From Tubiluchus corallicola (lineage: Eukaryota; Animalia; Priapulida), in the NCBI GenBank assembly GCA_030141605.1, contig JAQGDQ010000766.1, forward strand, positions 1 through 64,000: 64,000 bases of DNA, given 5' to 3'. Shown here piece by piece: positions 1 through 12,700 of this stretch. A model generated the notes under the pieces. That model was not told the DNA's origin. It saw nothing but the letters and a program-made list of their open reading frames with translations, and did not search any database. The position numbers and the translations under genes are program-made. Every line of letters starts with the position of its first letter. Within the stretch, counting starts at the first letter, position 1.

Positions 1-1426
1 AAAAACTCACAATAATTGTAGTAACTGGTTGACTCTGAGCATCGAAGCCAGGTTCTTACTAGAAAATATAAGATTTCAGATTTTTTGTTGATAAAAGAGC
101 ACTTAATTCATAGTGTTTCTATTGGGTACCCGATGCAAACATTATTTGTAATACGGTATCAATTGTTTGAATTTAAAATTTAATTTCACCTTCTCCTGTG
201 TGCTTCTACAGTAAGTACCCGCTAGCAAACTACCAACTACTGCTGCTGCTAGGCTAACAGTCACTAGAGAGATTACAGACCAAACCATTTCTGCCGTGGG
301 TGTGGCTTACTAAAAGCAAACACGATTTCATTACCATGAGGTTAATTATCTGAGAGAAATTGTTCATTAAACTTTAAAAACCTTTTCCGGGTGACTAAAG
401 AGGCAAGATGAAATAGATTGTTAAGATTAACAGTGCTCAAACACGATAATAGTAAATAATCATATTCAACTAATCCCTGTATTGATAGTGCTATGCGCGG
501 TATCTGGACTGATGTAGTTGATTTGTTGATAAGTTAAAACTTGCATTTGAGTAATTAAAAATATTCTCAAATGCCTCGTGAGGGAAAACAATAACTTTCA
601 CGACTCATATCTCGTGTGTTGAAGCTCTCAGGTGTAATAAATTAATTCTTGTTAAAATGCCTCAGGGTTGTTTTCATTCCTGAATTATTAATTTGTTCCA
701 GTAAAACCAGATAAAGAAGCTATTAGTATTGGGTCATTCTCTACAGAACGTGCAAAACAGATGTGATCTGCTAAATGACTGGAAAGATGTTCTTAAATTT
801 ACTCTTCCATGTTATTAATAAGCTTCCCTTGTATACAAAAGGGATACTGACAGAGCTTAAAACACTTGTAAAAATTTACTATGACCTTTTTAAAGTTATC
901 TGAATAATTACTTTTGTCATTACTGTTACAGACGTGAGGTGTGCAATACAACCTATAAACATCAACCAGTGTCATAAACCAATGGTCTTATAAAATATAT
1001 TTTTTGTCCCTTGCTATAAATATCTGGTCAAATGTTTATGCAAATGCAACCTTTTTACATGTTGAACTGGTTTTCACGTTTGTTGGGCAGTGTTTGCATC
1101 TGACATGCATCTTGAATGGACTCAGCTCACTTACAAGGAAGGATGAAAACATATCACATTGTAGGAATGTAATGGTAATAAAAATGAATTAGATGTGACA
1201 CTTCACAGCTCAGAAGAAGATTCTGTTTCAGAACTATAGAGAAATTTTGGGCAATAACAGGAATGACAAGGTAACAGCAATGACAAGTGAAGTAACAGTA
1301 CAACAGGAATGACTCATACGCACACTATATAAGCAACAACAAATGTTTTATAAAATCTTCTTAGCTGTTTGGCAAGAACAGAAAAAATACAGCTTTTAAA
1401 TTTTTATAAAAAGAACAATATCCATT
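1..1426 (+). repeat. Left arm of a long inverted segmental duplication (partner 6946-8348); runs off the window start
   Basis: Base 1 (aaaaactcacaataattg) is the reverse complement of sequence ending at 8348; the match continues to 'aagaacaatatccatt' (1426 pairs with 6946). Confidence 0.95.
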
Positions 1427-2814
1427 GCATAAAAAACTCACTATACGATAAATTTTAATTGGAAAATCCATCGTTTCTGCTGTGCTCTAACAGTCTTTGT
1501 CAGAAATATTCGGAATGAAACAAAAGCATTATAGCAAAACTAAGGGTATCTACGAAAACAATAATCATAGAGGAAAATAACAGAAAATGTAATCTATCAT
1601 TAATGATTGATTAAAGAAGCAATATATGTATATATATATATTGCTTCTTTAATCAATCATTAGTGATAGATTACATTTTCTGTTTTTTATTAAAGAGGCA
1701 ATATATACGTATGTGTTTTAATAAAGAAGCAAAAATGTGACTTTGATTTAAAGCTAAGTTTTTACAATTAAGGCAGATTCAACTCGTGCTTCTTTATAGT
1801 GATGTTCCTAGCTGGAAACGTCGGATTTCTCTAATGTAAATTTACTAAAATTCATTATATAATGGATTGTTTATGAAACAGACCAGAACAAATTTGTTCT
1901 GCCATTGTTTAAACTGTGAAAACCAGAAACTTATGTTGTGCTGGTTTCCTTTCTATAAGCCAGATAGTCTCTCTGCTACTACACAATACTACTCTGAAAT
2001 ATCAAAATATCTTCTTACGTGTCATTGCTGTTACTTTGTTGTCACTCCTGTAACTTGAATGATTATAACAGGAGTGACAGTAACAGGAATGACTGTCAAG
2101 CAAAAAGCCTGCTCACACGGACTAACTATGCTACTTGACCCTTTCCAAATATTAAGATTCAACACAGTAAATTACTAAAATTATCCAGACATGATTATAA
2201 GCATTTTATGTTCTGTTTTTTAGTAACAGGATATGTAACAGTAATGATCATGAATTAACATATCCAGAAACAATGAACCAAAACTTTTGTCAGGAAACTT
2301 AAAAAAACATTGGAGAAACCACCGTTAAAAAGTTTGCCAACTCACAATAGGTGGTGCTCTCTGCTAACAAATATTTATAACAATAGAGTCAATTCAGTGG
2401 TACATGCCTCAACTTTTTCACCAAAGTAACAGGAATGACACATGAACACGGAGACACACATGAAATTAAGCAACACGAATATTTGCTAGTTCTGAAAGTA
2501 TTTGGGAAGAGGATTTTCACTTTTAGCGCGCTGTTTAGAACAAAATACTGCAAATTAATTTTTAAACGGAAACTTTCTGCCAAATCTAATGTAATGGAAA
2601 AGTTGAAAATGGGCACAGGGGACACAGGAAAGACTTTCACAGGAACTGATTTCAGCTTCAGTAGAAATGTCTGAAATACTTTTCTGGCAACAAATACAAC
2701 AGGAATAAGTCTCTTTCTTTGGTGTCTACCAGTCATGAGACAGTATCGCACCAGAAACTTTGTTATTAAAAAAAATCCTGGGACAAGAATTGTACGTTCT
2801 GTGGAGAATGACCT
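731..2814. mobile_element. Non-autonomous TIR DNA transposon, Mutator/MULE-like by its 10-bp TSD
   Basis: Left end GGGTCATTCTCTACAGAACGTGCAA; right end TTGTACGTTCTGTGGAGAATGACCT; identical TATTAGTATT at 721-730 and 2815-2824. No intact transposase ORF. Superfamily inferred from TSD length only. Confidence 0.8.
1579..1684. repeat. Near-perfect ~105-bp hairpin centred on (TA)n
   Basis: aacagaaaatgtaatctatcattaatgattgattaaagaagcaatat pairs with atattgcttctttaatcaatcattagtgatagattacattttctgtt. Confidence 0.9.
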
Positions 2815-4362
2815 TATTAGTATTACTGCCGTGAGGAAATCAAAATCGAGTGACAGAAATTGAAGATACTGTGTTCTAAGCATACGACACGGCAATATAC
2901 ATTTTAACTAACTACCTTGTAATTGAATTTTGCCTTTGACTTGCAGAACTTCTAGACAAAGAAATTTAAAACAGTTATTTCTGAAAAAAGGAAGCAACTT
3001 AGCAAAGAAAGTCAAACAATAGGAGAAATCTCTACCGCAGAGAACATTTATGCATCAAAATGTGCTAAGTCTCGCTGCACGACTCCGTCTATTTGTGTCA
3101 GCAACACTCTAGGAAAAATGCCTGATTAAGCAATATAAAAAAGGTTGCTAAAAATAGCACCATTTTGGCAGGAATGCCTATTTCTACCAGAGAGCTCTAA
3201 TTCTATCGCAAACGACAGTATTTCAAGGTATAGGAATGGACAAAATAAAGAATGTTGATGAAATAATGAAGAAATCATTCAACCCATTTATTTTAAAAAT
3301 TGTACATCTCGATATTACAACTGCACTGTAGGCACAAATTAAATGTACACACCATAATTCGTTTTTGTAGACAATAATCCATATATCGTATTACAATATC
3401 TCATAGATTGCAAAATGTCAATCAAGCTTTAAATAAGGTTGAACATCCAGTATCTGGCAGACCTCTTAACTGTTATTTACAGTTTATATGGGGCAATTAA
3501 CTAGTGCTATTTAAACCCTAACTGCTTATAAGTATTTAAGACTGATTATTCATAATGTCTAATATGATCATTTTGTAGATTTTATAAAAGTTACTTTCCT
3601 TGTACCATATTTTCCTAGTACCAGTTCAGCTTTACCAGTACAAAGCTTTCCCAGCACCAAGCCTGCTTTGTGTCATTTTTATTTCATATCAAATTTACTT
3701 GTACCAAAAATGCTTGCTAAACTTTGTCAGTTCTGTACTAAATCTTCTCAGCACCACAATATCCCTGTACCCATTTTTGCTAGTGATAAAATTTCACTGT
3801 AGTAGAAATTCCTATTACGGCAAATTTTCAGAAAATCCAAATTTCCTTGTGCGAAAATTACTAGGATCAAATTTGGCTGTACCAAACTTAGTTAGTACCA
3901 AATTTTCCGTGTTTTTCATTTATTTACATGCTGTAAGCACTTACAGCAATGGAGGTTTGAGGAATGTGTGTGTCATCAAGTGGGACAGGCAAAAAGCGAC
4001 TTGCGATCTACCAATTAGGGGTGAGTATCGAACTTTCAAATTTGATTCACATGTTCTTTATCATTAAGACGATTGGAACATCATGCAATTAGCATAATTT
4101 AGCTGTTAATTTCTGTGCAGAATTTTAAACAAATTATTAGCAGTTTTACTGCAGAACAAAATCGAGCAACATGCATGATCTCTGTGAGAATAATTTTTAA
4201 TGGTGTTTTGAAAACTGGTTTGAATATCTTTCAATCTCAATTTGCTTTCGAAATGTAACAAACTCGATTCGATTAGAATTTGCTTTGCTGTAGATTATAC
4301 ACACGCCTAGTTACAATGCTTTCTTGTAAGTAGCATAATTATTCTAAGTTAAAACTAACAAA

Positions 4363-5052
4363 GTATACACTAACAGTAACATAATGCACGTATATACTAA
4401 CAGTAACATAATGCACGTATACACTAACAGTAACATAATGCACGTATACACTAACAGTAACATAATGCACGTATACACTAACAGTAACATAATGCACGTA
4501 TACACTAACAGTAACATAATGCACGTATACACTAACAGTAACATAATGCACGTATATACTAACAGTAACATAATGCACGTATATACTAACAGTAACATAA
4601 TGCACGTATACACTAACAGTAACATAATGCACGTATATACTAACAGTAACATAATGCATGTATACACTAACAGTAACATAATGCATGTATACACTAACAG
4701 TAACATAATGCACGTATACACTAACAGTAACATAATGCACGTATACACTAACAGTAACATAATGCACGTATACACTAACAGTAACATAATGCACGTATAC
4801 ACTAACAGTAACATAATGCACGTATACACTAACAGTAACATAATGCACGTATACACTAACAGTAACATAATGCACGTATACACTAACAGTAACATAATGC
4901 ACGTATACACTAACAGTAACATAATGCACGTATATACTAACAGTAACATAATGCACGTATATACTAACAGTAACATAATGCATGTATATACTAACAGTAA
5001 CATAATGCACGTATATACTAACAGTAACATAATGCATGTATATACTAACAGT
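4363..5052. repeat. 27-bp minisatellite, ~25 copies
   Basis: Unit GTATA(C/T)ACTAACAGTAACATAATGCA(C/T); this explains the 9-aa periodic ORFs. Confidence 0.97.
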
Positions 5053-5953
5053 TACTGTTAGTGTCTCTGAGAGGCATTTATGACAAATCTTCAAAAGTCT
5101 CAGTTGAATTTCATGTAAACCGCTGATCTTTATTTCTGCAATATTTAAAATTAAAATAGAAAAGTAAAAGTGACTGACATTGGCTAATTTTATAAAAAGT
5201 TACATAGTTTAGTTAGATTGACAGTTATTTAGTCCATTCAAAAATATCAATGAATAAATCAAAATAAAAATTAACAGAAATAAACTTACATCGTTGCGGC
5301 ATATATCTAATGAAAAATTTCGCTTGCGCAAGACATATGTTCATATCTACTACAGAACAGCATAATGAAAACATAACTGGGTCAATGTCCACACTTTAAA
5401 CTTTCTAGCTAGATGGAGCCACCTTGGCTACAAAATTAAAATTTATTAAGTTAGGTTCACACTGGCCATTATAGTTTAAATCTCCTAAGTTTCTTACTGC
5501 CTGATGTTTACAGGTATCTGAACACTCATGTAATACCAAAGCTGCTAAATGTCACATACGACAGATTCCGTAGCACCAATAATTCTCTTGCTTCTACTAC
5601 ACTGCCCGGCAGAGCGTTGTTCTTAATTTGCACTTGTGAAAAACACGGGCTACGCAAACTTAAATTATGTTCGCTAACGAAAATATAACCAACGTAGAAA
5701 CTACAGGCATCATAATTTGCCATTTTTTGCATCAGCAATAACCATAAAAGTTAAGAAAATGGAAAGTACAAAACATGCTTAATGCTAAAAATATTGGGGT
5801 ACAATGAAGATTACTGGGATTTGATTGTATTTTTATAATAAACAAAACAAGTTTAATTAATTTACAATTTACGTTGTGATATGCAGCCATCACTAGCAAT
5901 TATTTTATATAACAAAAGTCTTTTGTTTTCTTCTATGTGAGGTTTTACTTACT

Positions 5954-6500
5954 GAGAAAATGCTGAATAAGCATAACTGCATACATATTGACAGAGAAAA
6001 TGCTGAGCAAGCATAGCTGCATACATGTTGACATAGAAAATGCTGAATAAGCATAACTGCAGACATACCGACAGAGAAAATGCTGAATAAGCATAACTGC
6101 ATAAATGTTGACAGAGAAAATGCTGAATAAGCATAACTGCATAAATGTTGACAGAGAAAATGCTGAATAAGCATAACTGCAGACATACCGACAGAGAAAA
6201 TGCTGAATAAGCATAACTGCATACATGCTGACAGAGAAAATGCTGAATAAGCATAACTGCATAAATGTTGACAGAGAAAATGCTTAATAAGCATAACTGC
6301 AGACATAATGACAGAAAATGCTGAATAAGCATAACTGCATACATGCTGACAGAGAAAATGATGAATAAGCATAACTGCATACATGTTGACAGAGAAAATG
6401 CTGAATAAGCATAACTGCATAATGTTGACAGAGAAAATGCTGAATAAGCATAACACCATACTTACTGACAGACAAAATGCTGGGTAAGCATAGCTGCATA
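5954..6500 (-). repeat. 40-bp minisatellite (~13 copies) derived from a decayed zinc-finger segment
   Basis: Plus-strand unit GAGAAAATGCTGAATAAGCATAACTGCATACATGTTGACA; the minus strand reads KPFVCSY..SAFS; lies 3' of the ZF fragment at 6657-6949. Confidence 0.85.
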
Positions 6501-6656
6501 CAAACGGCTTGCTGAGACCTAACATTAACAAAACAATAACTAAATAAAAACAATTCTTTTTCACTATACTTAACAGTGATGTGTTAAAATAGGTTCAACA
6601 AGCACTTGTTGCATTTAAAAGGTTGCACCACTGAGTTCTTAAATATAGTTTCACAG

Positions 6657-6949
6657 TGCCCACCTCAATGGGTTTCTCCAGTGTGAATTCTCAAATGTCT
6701 TTTCAGATTGCCTGCCTGAGGAAATGTAGCATCACAATGGTTGCACTTGAACAGTTTCTTCCCGGTGTGAATTCTTAAATGTACTTTCAGACCAAGTGCC
6801 TGAGTAAATGCAGCATCACAGTGATAACACTTAAATGGTTTTTCTCCAGTGTGAATGCTTGAATGTAATCTCAGTGCTCCTGGATGAGCATATGCAGTAG
6901 CACACTGACCACATTTGAATGGTTTCTCTCCAGTGTGAATTCTAAAATG
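6657..6949 (-). pseudogene. 5'-truncated C2H2 ZNF fragment (~3 fingers, frameshift)
   Basis: [22 protein letters not shown].., KCYHCDAAFTQALGLKVH, KCNHCDATFPQAGNLKRH; ends in the family terminus TTGAGGTGGGCA; cut off at the inverted-repeat arm. Confidence 0.85.
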
Positions 6950-8348
6950 GATATTGTTCTTTTATAAAAAATTTAAAAGCTGTATTTTTTTGTTCTTGTC
7001 AAACAGCTAAGAAGATTTTATAAAACATTTGTTGTTGCTTATATAGTGTGTATAAGAGTCATCCCTGTTGTACTGTTACCTCACTTGTCATTCCTGTTAT
7101 TGCCCAAAATTTCTCTATAGTTCTGAAACACAATCTTCTTCTGAGCAGTGAAGTGTCACATCTAATTCATTTTTATTACCATTACATTCGTACAATGTGA
7201 TATGTTTGCGTCCTTCCTCGTAAATGAGCTATGTCCATTCAAGATGCATGTCAGATGCAAAAACTGCCCGACAAACGTGAAAACCAGTTCAACGTATAAA
7301 AAGGTTGCAATTGTATAAAAAATTTGACTAGATATTTATAGGAAGGGACAAAAAATGTATTTTATAAGACCATTGGTTTATGACACTGGTTGATGTTTAT
7401 AGGTTGCATTGCACACCTCACGTCTGTAACAGTAATGACAAAAGTAATTATTCAGATAACTTTAAAATGGTCATAGTAAATTTTTACAAGTGTTTTAAGC
7501 TCTGTCAGTATCCCTTTTGTATACAAGGGAACCTCATTAATAACAGGCAGAGTAATTTTAAGAACATTTTTCCAGTTATTTAGCAGATTTTTTCACATCG
7601 TTCTGTAGAGAATGACCCAATACTAATAGCTTCTTTATCTGGTTTTACTGGAACAAATTAATAATTCACGAATGAAAACAACCCTGAGGCATTTTAACAA
7701 GAATTAATTTATTACACCTGAGAGCTTCAACGCACGAGATATGAGTCGTGAAAGTTATTGTTTTCCCTCACGAGGCATTTGAGAATATTTTTAATTACTC
7801 AAATGCAAGTTTTAACTTATCAACAAATCAACTACATCAGTCCAGATACCGCGCATAGCACTATCAATACAGGGATTAGTTGAATATGATTATTTACTAT
7901 TATCGTGTTTGAGCACTGTTAATCTTAACAATCTATTTCATCTTGCCTCTTTAGTCACCCGGAAAAGGTTTTTAAAGTTTAATGAACAATTTCTCTCAGA
8001 TAATTAACCTCATGGTAATGAAATCGTGTTTGCTTTTAGTAAGCCACACCCACGGCAGAAATGGTTTGGTCTGTAATCTCTCTAGTGACTGTTAGCCTAG
8101 CAGCAGCAGTAGTTGGTAGTTTGCTAGCGGGTACTTACTGTAGAAGCACACAGGAGAAGGTGAAATTAAATTTTAAATTCAAACAATTGATACCGTATTA
8201 CAAATAATGTTTGCATCGGGTACCCAATAGAAACACTATGAATTAAGTGCTCTTTTATCAACAAAAAATCTGAAATCTTATATTTTCTAGTAAGAACCTG
8301 GCTTCGATGCTCAGAGTCAACCAGTTACTACAATTATTGTGAGTTTTT
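6946..8348 (-). repeat. Right arm of the inverted duplication of 1-1426 (host flank, left TSD, left TIR and ~0.7 kb of the MULE-like element)
   Basis: Direct reverse-complement match. Confidence 0.95.
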
Positions 8349-8875
8349 CTATATTCAGTTTATTTCAAATTTTTACTGCCTCATATATTCAACAGTATGT
8401 TTGCCTAAATATGGTTAGTGCGTCTTGTGAAAAGTGAAGAGAATGAAATGGGGTGGTGAAAGACCATCAGGTCACGTAGCAGTCATTGTGATTAATTAAT
8501 ATTGTTGATGGAAAACTGGACGGTTGTGTAAAGATTACTTCAGAATAAAGAATCCCCTAAAATACTCAAAACTACGGTAGCTCTTTTTAAATCAAAGCTT
8601 AGATTAAATGACAATAATCTCTGATACTAAAATTTTGTTAAATTTTCAAAGCTACTTGCGCTCAGTGAATCTACTAAGATTGGCAGCGGCACCTTTTTGT
8701 CACGTGCGCGTGGCCGACAAATAGAAGGTGGTACCGTGATAAGCATGATCATGAATGGCAGTGTTAGTTTCTGACATTGTATGATGTAGAGCCCATTTTC
8801 GTGCCATCATTTAAACTTACACAAACATGTTTGATGCAGAAGGGAAGATGCCTGTTATTGCACAAACTGTGGTTA

Positions 8876-9040
8876 GTTTCTGTCGTAAGCAATAGCTGTG
8901 TTCGATTGCTATTAATTAACTTTCCCAGCTAATTATTCAAATATAAGAAACAATTGCTAACCTTTTTAGGCAAGAAACTGTATATTTTGGACAGCAAATT
9001 AAGTCTAATCAATCGCCTGGTTTTCTTTAAACAAATGGTG
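8876..9040 (+). repeat. Dispersed repeat; second diverged copy at ~13232-13410
   Basis: gtttctg(t/a)cgtaagc(a/g)atagctgtgttc...taggcaagaaa.tgtatattttggacag present at both sites. Confidence 0.75.
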
Positions 9041-10829
9041 TTAGCAGCATTAAAGACATTTACAGAGAGACAAATTTCTTCTTGATAAGAAAATACATTT
9101 ACTCACAAGGAAAATTCAGCCATTCAAGTGACAATATTTTTATGGTGCAATGATAAATACTAACCATTGACAAGCAAAATGATGGTAGTAAATCTAGCAA
9201 AATGTAATAAAATTTGAATGAACGCAGCAAAGTAATAATGCAAAATGTAATAAAACAATAAAAAAGGCAACTTAGCCAAGCAAGAAAATGTGAAAGTGTT
9301 TAAACATATTAGTAGTAAAGCAAGTAAGAATGTCTGTAAAATCATAGCACCTGCTAAATGCAATATGTTTTCACTCCCACCCCTACTCTATAATGGTTCT
9401 GTCCATTACCAAGCTGTTGCACATCTGTAACTATGCAGGGACATTTTGGTTTCTGTGGTCTATTAGGCACTTGTCAGCACCCGTTCCATTGGCATATAGG
9501 ACGAAAGAAGAGCAACCTGGCAGTTAATAAATAAATTTTGCCGTTTCTACATGTTTATCTAAGAATTTCTGTTTAATCGTGTTAGTCATGCATGTCAGCA
9601 CCACCTGGTGTTGTTACAACGTCAAATAACTTAACAAAACATCAAAAAAATACACTACAGCTATAAAAGCCAGGCCAGCAGAGAAATAATGGGGAAAAAG
9701 TAAATTGTGCAGACTCAGCCTAATGCACTACTCAGGTATTTAAAGCACAAGAAAACTCTCCACTTATATAAAGCTTAAAATATTTGACTTGAATTCTTAT
9801 ACCACTTACATACTGTAGTTTTGCATACAGGGCTTGCGTCAGCAGTACTGCTGTATAAAACATGTATATTTAAACTTCTGTAATGACCGTTAGACTCAGC
9901 CATAAGTCATTTGAAACACTGATAAATAATTAGAGCATTCGTAGCACACGCATAACTAATTAAGTAAAATTTTAAATTACTGTATCTTGTCAATAAGATT
10001 AAAAATACGTTTTTGGTTAGTGAGTGGTGCACCCTGGAGGGTGAGTCAGAAACATATTGTCTGTTGGTGAAAGCATTTTAAATAAATAATTGTCTTTTCT
10101 AGTTAGATAAGTCTTTCAAGCAGTTAAGCAAATTGCTAAGTAATATAACATTGCTTAGAAAGTTTTTTGGGACATAATTTAACATTTCCGTTTCTTCGCT
10201 TGACTTACGTTGTGCGTGTATGATGTCATGTAATGGCAATATTGAAATAGTGTTGCGGGAGATTTAAAATGAAGACAAACCGAAAGTTTTTTTCACGTGA
10301 GTACGATATATGCAAAAAATTGCTATAATAAAGTAAGTAATATAATCTTTTAAGGCAATTTTCGTGAAACCTACTTCGAGTACCCATTTTCTTGTCTTTT
10401 AAAAAACTGTATTGGCAGCAAACTAAACAGGGATGAGGTGCTGGGGGGGGGGGGGCGTTGATAACGAATAACAAGATGATTAGCAATGACAAGCCAGCAA
10501 TATGCCTTAATTTAGTATGTAGGAAAAGTGGTTTACTTTCCGTACAAGTTCGACTGACTGCTTTGTACTAGTTATGACTGCTGTTATGACAAACCAATTT
10601 CATTTTCTGTGCCTGCTAACAAGATAAAAACATGTTGTTAGATTTTTCGATGGGTTTTGATTTGTTTTTTTTTATTCTTTCCTTATTTTCTTTTGACCAT
10701 CTGTCTTTATCGCAGCTACTGAAACACGATCGCGTTTCTTTCTGCTGTTTTGTTCTTTGTTAGTAAACAGTTTTGGTTGTTTTCTCAATTTATTTCATTT
10801 TTTACAGATAATCCCTTCATCGCCCAAAG

Positions 10830-12527
10830 ATGAATCAGGCAGAACATTCAGTTCCTGGATTTGTGAAAATTGGAAATGATGTTCCAGACGAATCCGTAGA
10901 TTTCAATATGCAAATTAACAACGTTCCAGTAAAAAGTGCAAGTGATGATGAATCAGCTAAAGTAAACAACAGCAAAAAAGTACATGAGTGTGATTTTCAA
11001 GCACATGATATACCTATAAAAACTGAACAGGATGATTTCATAGATGATGTAGAAAAGAATGATATTGATGTAACTTCGCATAAGAGACTTAACCCTTTGC
11101 TTATGAATAATGAATACAGTGTTGAAGTAAATAGAGAAGCTTATCATTTCAATGGAGAGACAAGAGATGAAAAAGTTAAAACTGATTGTGATTTTATAAA
11201 AATTGAACCTAATACTTCAGCTGATGATGATGAAGAAAATAAAAGAGATTCAACAGAAGATGAATTTCTTGTTAACGAAAGATGTAAAGAGCTGCTATCA
11301 TTTAACGTTAATCAATTTGATTTTGCTGTTAAACACAATGAAGTTGCAGCTCCTTCTATCCAAGAATTACAAGAATCGAATAGAATCAGGATTACTAAGT
11401 CTGGTGACAAATTACACTCAAGAACTCACACTGGCTATAAACCTTATAAGTGCAGTCAGTGCGGTGCTGCATTTACTCGGACAGGTAGTCTGAAAAGACA
11501 TTCAAGAATTCACACTGGTCATAGACCTTTCAAGTGTAGTCAGTGTGATGCTGCATTTACTCAGGCAATTGGACTGAAGTTACATTTAAGAATTCATACT
11601 GGACAGAAACCATATAAGTGTAATCAATGTAATTCAGCATTTGCTCATCCAAGTCATTTGAAACAACATTTAAGGATGCACACTGGAGAGAGACCATTCA
11701 AGTGTAATTACTATGATGGTGCCTTTACTCAGGCTTCTGATATACAAGAATATTCAAGGACTCACAGTGGAGGGAGTAGGTATTGCAATGCCGCATTTAG
11801 TCGGTCAGGTGACCTGAAGGATCATTTAAGAACACACACTGGTGAGAAACCATTCAAGTGCAGTCAGTGTGATGCTGCATTTACTCAAGCAGGTAGTCTG
11901 AAAAGACATTCAAAAACGCACACTGGAGAGAAACCTTTTAAGTGCAGTCAGTGTGATGCTGCATTTGCTCATTCACAAGATTTGAAAAGGCATTTAAGAA
12001 TTCACACTGGAGAGAAACCGTTCAAATGCAGTGAGTGTAGTGCTGCCTTTGCTGAGGCAGATAAGCTGAAGAGACATTTAAGAACTCACACTGGAGAAAA
12101 ACCATTTAAGTGTAGTCTGTGCGATGCTGCATTTGCTCAGTCAGTTGGATTGAAACAACATTTTAGAATTCACACTGGAGAGAAACCATTCAAGTGTAGT
12201 CAATGTGGTGCGGCATTTGTTCAAGCAGGTGGACTGAAACAACATTTTAGAATTCATACTGGAGAAAAGCCATTTAAGTGCAATCTGTGTGGTACTGCAT
12301 TTACTCAGGCGGGTCATCTAAAAGAGCATTCGAGAATTCACACCGGAGAGAAACCGTTCAAGTGCAGTCAGTGTGACGCTGCGTTTATTCGAGCACAAGA
12401 TCTGAAACGACACTCAAGAACTCACATTGGAGAGAAACCATTCAAGTGTGGCAAGGTGACGCTAAATTTGCTAAGGAAGGCAGTTTCTCAAAAAAAAACA
12501 TTTAACAACTCACAGCTGAAGAATTAG
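10830..12527 (+). CDS. ZNF-A: tandem C2H2 zinc-finger protein, 565 aa, acidic N-terminal region plus 10 intact and 2 degenerate fingers
   Basis: CxxC-x12-HxxxH repeats with TGEKP linkers; polypyrimidine tract and TTTACAG acceptor end at 10807; in-frame TAA at 10809 fixes ATG 10830 as the start. Confidence 0.92.
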   Translation: MNQAEHSVPGFVKIGNDVPDESVDFNMQINNVPVKSASDDESAKVNNSKKVHECDFQAHDIPIKTEQDDFIDDVEKNDIDVTSHKRLNPLLMNNEYSVEVNREAYHFNGETRDEKVKTDCDFIKIEPNTSADDDEENKRDSTEDEFLVNERCKELLSFNVNQFDFAVKHNEVAAPSIQELQESNRIRITKSGDKLHSRTHTGYKPYKCSQCGAAFTRTGSLKRHSRIHTGHRPFKCSQCDAAFTQAIGLKLHLRIHTGQKPYKCNQCNSAFAHPSHLKQHLRMHTGERPFKCNYYDGAFTQASDIQEYSRTHSGGSRYCNAAFSRSGDLKDHLRTHTGEKPFKCSQCDAAFTQAGSLKRHSKTHTGEKPFKCSQCDAAFAHSQDLKRHLRIHTGEKPFKCSECSAAFAEADKLKRHLRTHTGEKPFKCSLCDAAFAQSVGLKQHFRIHTGEKPFKCSQCGAAFVQAGGLKQHFRIHTGEKPFKCNLCGTAFTQAGHLKEHSRIHTGEKPFKCSQCDAAFIRAQDLKRHSRTHIGEKPFKCGKVTLNLLRKAVSQKKTFNNSQLKN

Positions 12528-12700
12528 CATACAAGTGTAGTTACTGTCCTGCTCAAATTACTTAGGCAGGTGAACTAAAAGTGCATTGAGGAACTCACAA
12601 TAGAAAGAAACCATTTAAGTGCAGTCAGTGTGATGCTGCATTTTCTGCCTAATGATTTGAAATTATGTTTAGGAACTTACACTGGAGAAAAATGTTTCAA
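12528..12700 (+). pseudogene. Decayed finger repeats past the ZNF-A stop
   Basis: YKCSYCPAQ..LKVH, KPFKCSQCDAAF and RTYTGEK remnants with stops and frameshifts. Confidence 0.7.

Noticed and set aside
3600-3910. Recurrent GTACCA(A) motifs and a 155-aa ORF
   Set aside because: Probably an old subterminal-repeat TE; no boundaries found and the ORF is not protein-like.
4339-5094. Three long ORFs (225-251 aa) and a CRISPR-like periodic appearance
   Set aside because: Stop-free frames of a 27-bp minisatellite; no unique spacers and a eukaryotic context.
5905-6564. Overlapping Cys-rich ORFs
   Set aside because: Frames of the 40-bp minisatellite.
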